Source of the DNA: a bacterium
GTDB lineage: Bacteria; Bacteroidota; Ignavibacteria; UBA10030
DNA length: 64,000 nt
Reading direction: 5' to 3'
NCBI GenBank assembly: GCA_043803945.1
Contig: JAZDJN010000087.1
Coordinates: forward strand, 128,001 to 192,000
A program made the position numbers and the translations under genes. The notes under the pieces were generated by a model that saw only the letters and a program-made list of their open reading frames with translations, ran no database searches and was not told the DNA's origin. Shown one piece after another: positions 63,709-64,000 of the stretch. Each line of letters begins with the position of its first letter. The stretch's first letter is position 1.

Positions 63709-64000
63709 GGGCCACCATCCCGTCGATGAGGTCATTCAAAGAAACAACTTCTAGTCCATCAACAGTCTTGGCGTCAGTTGTGTTCGGTTCAGGTTTCTTG
63801 TTCAGATGCTCGCTCAAAGACTTTCTGATTGTCGCCTTCGCAGTTCCTTCAATACCCCAAGTTTCTTTCAGGTCCGCATACTCAGCGTTCAGCCGTCTTA
63901 TCGCTTCTACTGCATGGCCTTGACTCGACCTGATTGGGCTCTCAAAGGCATTCACCAGTTGAACGGGATGCCCTTTTTCTCGGACAACCCCAAGTACATA
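63698..64000 (-). CDS. cas7e: 3' end of type I-E Cas7 (CasC), partial
   Basis: PVQLVNAFESPI motif; overlaps the cas5e start. Confidence 0.78.
   Translation of the reverse strand, partial: YVLGVVREKGHPVQLVNAFESPIRSSQGHAVEAIRRLNAEYADLKETWGIEGTAKATIRKSLSEHLNKKPEPNTTDAKTVDGLEVVSLNDLIDGMVAHVI

Overview
Bacterial genomic window, most likely from an Ignavibacteria-like member of the Bacteroidota/Chlorobi (FCB) group. This is inferred from six genes ending in a QN(Y/F)PNPFNP T9SS-type sorting domain and from the argC-argJ-argB-argR-argG operon. The main discovery is a hidden set of extracytoplasmic selenoproteins. A tRNA-Sec (anticodon UCA) lies at 1548-1643. Eight genes that the ORF track splits or truncates are interrupted by a single in-frame TGA, each followed by a SECIS-like hairpin: a small DUF4266-like lipoprotein ending CPTUG next to a DUF3570-like beta-barrel, two UxxC TlpA-type thioredoxins, three exported BNR beta-propellers (FYTC-x23-U, LEGGGUGNSG; one carries a T9SS tail), and two stand-alone CHASE2-like membrane proteins (CxGGGUG). 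Other content: a two-component system, secreted propeller/FG-GAP proteins, a TPR protein with a PHF5/Rds3-like 6xCxxC domain, an ECF sigma/anti-sigma pair with twin back-to-back promoters, hydrolases, the arg operon with ARG boxes, decayed defence genes (AbiE, hsdM), and a type I-E CRISPR array. The cas6e and cas1/cas2 genes of that array are largely deleted, and a lone type I-C-like repeat abuts it. All family assignments are by eye; no searches were run.
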